Assembly: GCF_009914755.1 (NCBI RefSeq)
Contig: NC_060926.1
DNA: 64,000 nucleotides
Reading direction: 5' to 3' (one strand)
Source: the human T2T-CHM13v2.0 reference genome, Homo sapiens
The position numbers were made by a program, and so were the translations under genes. Below are positions 61,220 through 64,000 of this stretch, in pieces; position 1 is the first letter of the stretch, and each line of letters begins with the position of its first letter. Under the pieces are notes generated by a model. That model searched no databases. It was not told the origin of the DNA and was given only the letters and a program-made list of their open reading frames with translations.

Positions 61220-62362
61220 AATTATTTTTAAAATTTATACTTTAATTTTAGATTCAGGGGTACATGTGCAGATTTGTTACAAGGGTATATTGCATAATGC
61301 TGAGGTTTTGGCTTCTACTGATCCCATCACCCAGATTGTGAACATAAGTATCCAATAGGAAGTTTTTTCAGACCTTGTCCCCATCCATCCATGCCTCTTC
61401 CTGGAGTCCCCAGTGTTTATTATTCCCATCTGTGTGTCCATGTCTACCCAAGGTTTAGCTCCCACTTATCAGTAAGAACACGCAATATTTGGCTGTTTCT
61501 GCATTAATTTGCTTAGGTTAATAGCCTCCAGCTGCATCCAAGTGACTGCAAAAGATATAATTTTATTCCTTTTATGGCTGCATAGTATTCCATAATGTAT
61601 ATGTACCACATTTTCTTTATGCAATCCACCATTCATAGGCACCTGAGTTGATTCCATGTCTTTGCTATGGTGAATAGGGCTGTGATGTCCTTTTGGTAGA
61701 ATGATTTACTGTCCTTTGTGTATATACCCAATCATGGGATTGCTGGGTTGAATTGTAGTTACATTTTCAGTTCTTTGCAAAATCTCCAAACTGCTTGCAG
61801 TAGTGGCTGAGCTAATTTACATTCCCACCAACAGTGTATAAGCATCCCCTTTTCTCTTTATCCTTGCCATCTGGTTGTTTTTTTTAACTTTTTAATAATA
61901 GCCATTCTGACCAGTGTGAGAGGGTATCTCATTATGATTTTGATTTGCATTTCTCCAATGACTAGCGATGTTGAGCATTTTTTCATGTGTTTCTTGGCCC
62001 CTTGTATATCTTCTTTTCAGAAGTGTTTGTTCATGTCCCTTGCTCACTTTTTAATGCAGTTACTTGTTTTACTCTTGTTGCATTAAATTCCTTATAGAAT
62101 CTGGATATTAGCCCTTTGTTGGATGCATAGTTTGCAAATATTTTATCTCCCATTCTGTAGGTTGTCTGTTTACTCTATTAGTAGTTTCTTTTGCTGGGCG
62201 GAAGCTCTTAAATTTAATTAGGTCCCACTTGTCAATTTTTGCTTTTGTTGCAATTGCTTTTGAGGACTTAGTTATAAATTGTTTGTCTAGGAGGGTATTT
62301 CCTAGGTTTTCTTCTAGGATTTTTATAGTTTGAGGTCTTAACATTTAACTCTTTAATCCATC
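61220..62362 (-). mobile_element. Older L1PA (L1PA15/16-like) 3' portion
   Basis: ttagattcaggggtacatgtgcagatttgttac; ORF2 remnant [20 protein letters not shown]. Confidence 0.85.
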
Positions 62363-62525
62363 TTTTTCTAAAACAAAATTATCATTTTTAATTTTTGTGG
62401 GTACATAGTAGATATTAATACTTATGGGTTATATAAGGTATTTTGATACAGGCATGCAATATGAAATAATCACATCAAGATAAATGGGGTGTCCATCACC
62501 TCAAGCATTTATTCTTTGTGTGTCA
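62363..62525 (-). mobile_element. L1MA-like 3' end fragment
   Basis: tttttgtgggtacatagtag...ttttgatacaggcatgcaat...tccatcacctcaagcattt. Confidence 0.75.
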
Positions 62526-62529
62526 AACA

Positions 62530-62990
62530 CTTCTCATTAGAAGTGTGCTTCTCTGGGTGAAGCAGGTTGGCACTTCAATTGAACCAAGTACCTTTCTCTT
62601 TGGCTTCCTTCTTTATCTGATCATTTTCCTTCATACGTTTCAGGAAGCGATCTCCTCTCTTAGAGTGTTTAATGTGCTCCACACACACATTCTCTTGGCA
62701 AGAATCTTGCCCTAAATTGTTTGTTTACAACAATGCCAACAGCATGTTGGGTAACATCATAGACTCTTCCAGTTTTGCCATAATAACACTTGTGGGGCAT
62801 TCCTTTTTGAACAGTACTCATTTCCTTGACGTCTACAATATCATGTTCCTTACAGATTTGCATATACATGGCCAAAAGAACAACTCCATGTTTTCTAAAA
62901 GACCAACATATATTGGGTGCCTCTCTTCTTTCCCTTTGTTTTTGTCATTTTGGTGAATTACTGGAACATGGCAGCTCCAGCCAAAATGAA
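62530..62990 (-). pseudogene. RPL21 processed pseudogene (ATG at 62948; frameshifted; 3' end missing); possibly RPL21P31 from recall, unverified
   Basis: Intronless ..ttccagtaattcaccaaaATGacaaaaacaaagggaaagaagagaggcacc..; peptide [42 protein letters not shown] matches RPL21. Confidence 0.93.
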
Positions 62991-63092
62991 GCAGGAGTTT
63001 GACTATTAAATGCCTTGAGGTAGTCTTCTTTGGGTTAAATCTGCTTGGTGTTCTATAACCTTTTTGTACTTCGATATTGATATCTTTCTTAG

Positions 63093-63655
63093 GATATTCC
63101 TTAGGATATTCGTAATCCTAAGGGGATGCTACTCGTAATGTCACAGGGGGTGTACATCATGTGTGTATACCCCCTGCGATTTTATTTGTAATATCCTAGT
63201 GGGATGCTACTTCTATAAGTTTGGGAAGTTCTCTGTTATTATTCCACTGAATAAGCTTTCTACCCCTATCTCTATGTACACCCACTGTGATATTATTCCT
63301 AATATCTTAAGTAGTAATTACTTCTAATATCACAGTGGGTGTACACCCTGTGACATTTTTCATGATATTTTAGGGAGATACTACTTCTAACACCATGTGT
63401 GTACGCCCACTGTGATATTATTTGTAATATTCTAGGAAGATATTACTCCTAATATTAAAGTGAGTGTACACACTGTGATGTTATTTGTAATATCCAAGGG
63501 GGATGTTACTTCTAATGTCACAGTGGATGTACATCCTGTGATATTTTTGGTAATATGCTAGGGGGATGTTACTCCTAATGTCACTGGGATTGTACACCCT
63601 GTGATACTATTTGAAATATCCTAGGGGGATGTTACTCCTAATATTACAGAAGTAT
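63093..63655. repeat. SATR1/SATR2-type satellite (~62-bp unit) interleaved with an L1 fragment
   Basis: Repeating tgtacacc(ca)ctgtgatattatttgtaatatcctagggggatgttactcctaatgtcacagtggg; tgtac anchors near 63276, 63340, 63400, 63466, 63528 and 63591. Confidence 0.8.
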
Positions 63656-64000
63656 ATGTGTGAGCAGGCCCACACATATACTCATTTCCCCAAATTTCTC
63701 CAAGCTCTTCTCCCAACCAGGAAGCGCGACTTGGTTGTCACATTCTGCAATTTCCCTTCTCAGTGTTTCATGGTACCATCTGTGATTAATTTTCCAAGCT
63801 TAGTTCTCAAGTGTTTGAAAGTACAGCAAAATCTCTTATCGCATTCAAGGGCTTAGTTCTTATAACAGAAAGCCTTCCTTGATACTATTTTTTCTACCAT
63901 GGGCTTTAAAATGCCCATGTTGAAAGTCAAAATTGGGCAATAACTTCTTTGTTCTAGACTATTTCCAGCATTCCTCTGTTGGTCGTGCATCTAGAAAACT

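Noticed and set aside
63275-63655. Regularly spaced ~62-bp repeats that superficially resemble a CRISPR array
   Set aside because: The whole unit repeats with no unique spacers, there are no cas genes, and the context is primate satellite DNA.

Overview
This is primate, almost certainly human, genomic DNA: it is repeat-rich and carries AluY/S/J, L1PA, THE1 and MST elements. A CpG island at about 33.4-34.5 kb holds the promoter and first coding exon of a minus-strand gene. That exon reads ATG GCC CTG ACC CTG TTT G|GTAAGT (MALTLF + phase-1 donor), which I recognise as the N-terminus of alpha2-chimaerin (CHN1, MALTLFDTDEYRPPVWKS...). Bases 1-33648 are therefore CHN1 intron 1, and I could not find exon 2 in the window. 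Bases above about 34.5 kb are upstream intergenic DNA with two U6 retrocopies, an RPL21 processed pseudogene, a near full-length MST (MaLR) element and a SATR-type satellite. Almost all ORFs in the supplied track are repeat-derived or GC-rich artefacts. I found no evidence of a new multi-gene system. The most informative unexplained structure is a roughly 640-bp inversion inside a fossil piggyBac (Looper-type) transposon, which separated an Alu from its own poly-A tail and TSD, with both breakpoints at a duplicated AT palindrome. Also notable are a uORF-rich CHN1 leader and a compact CTCF/RFX/YY1 promoter module. Repeat subfamily names come from recalled consensus features and were not verified by search.
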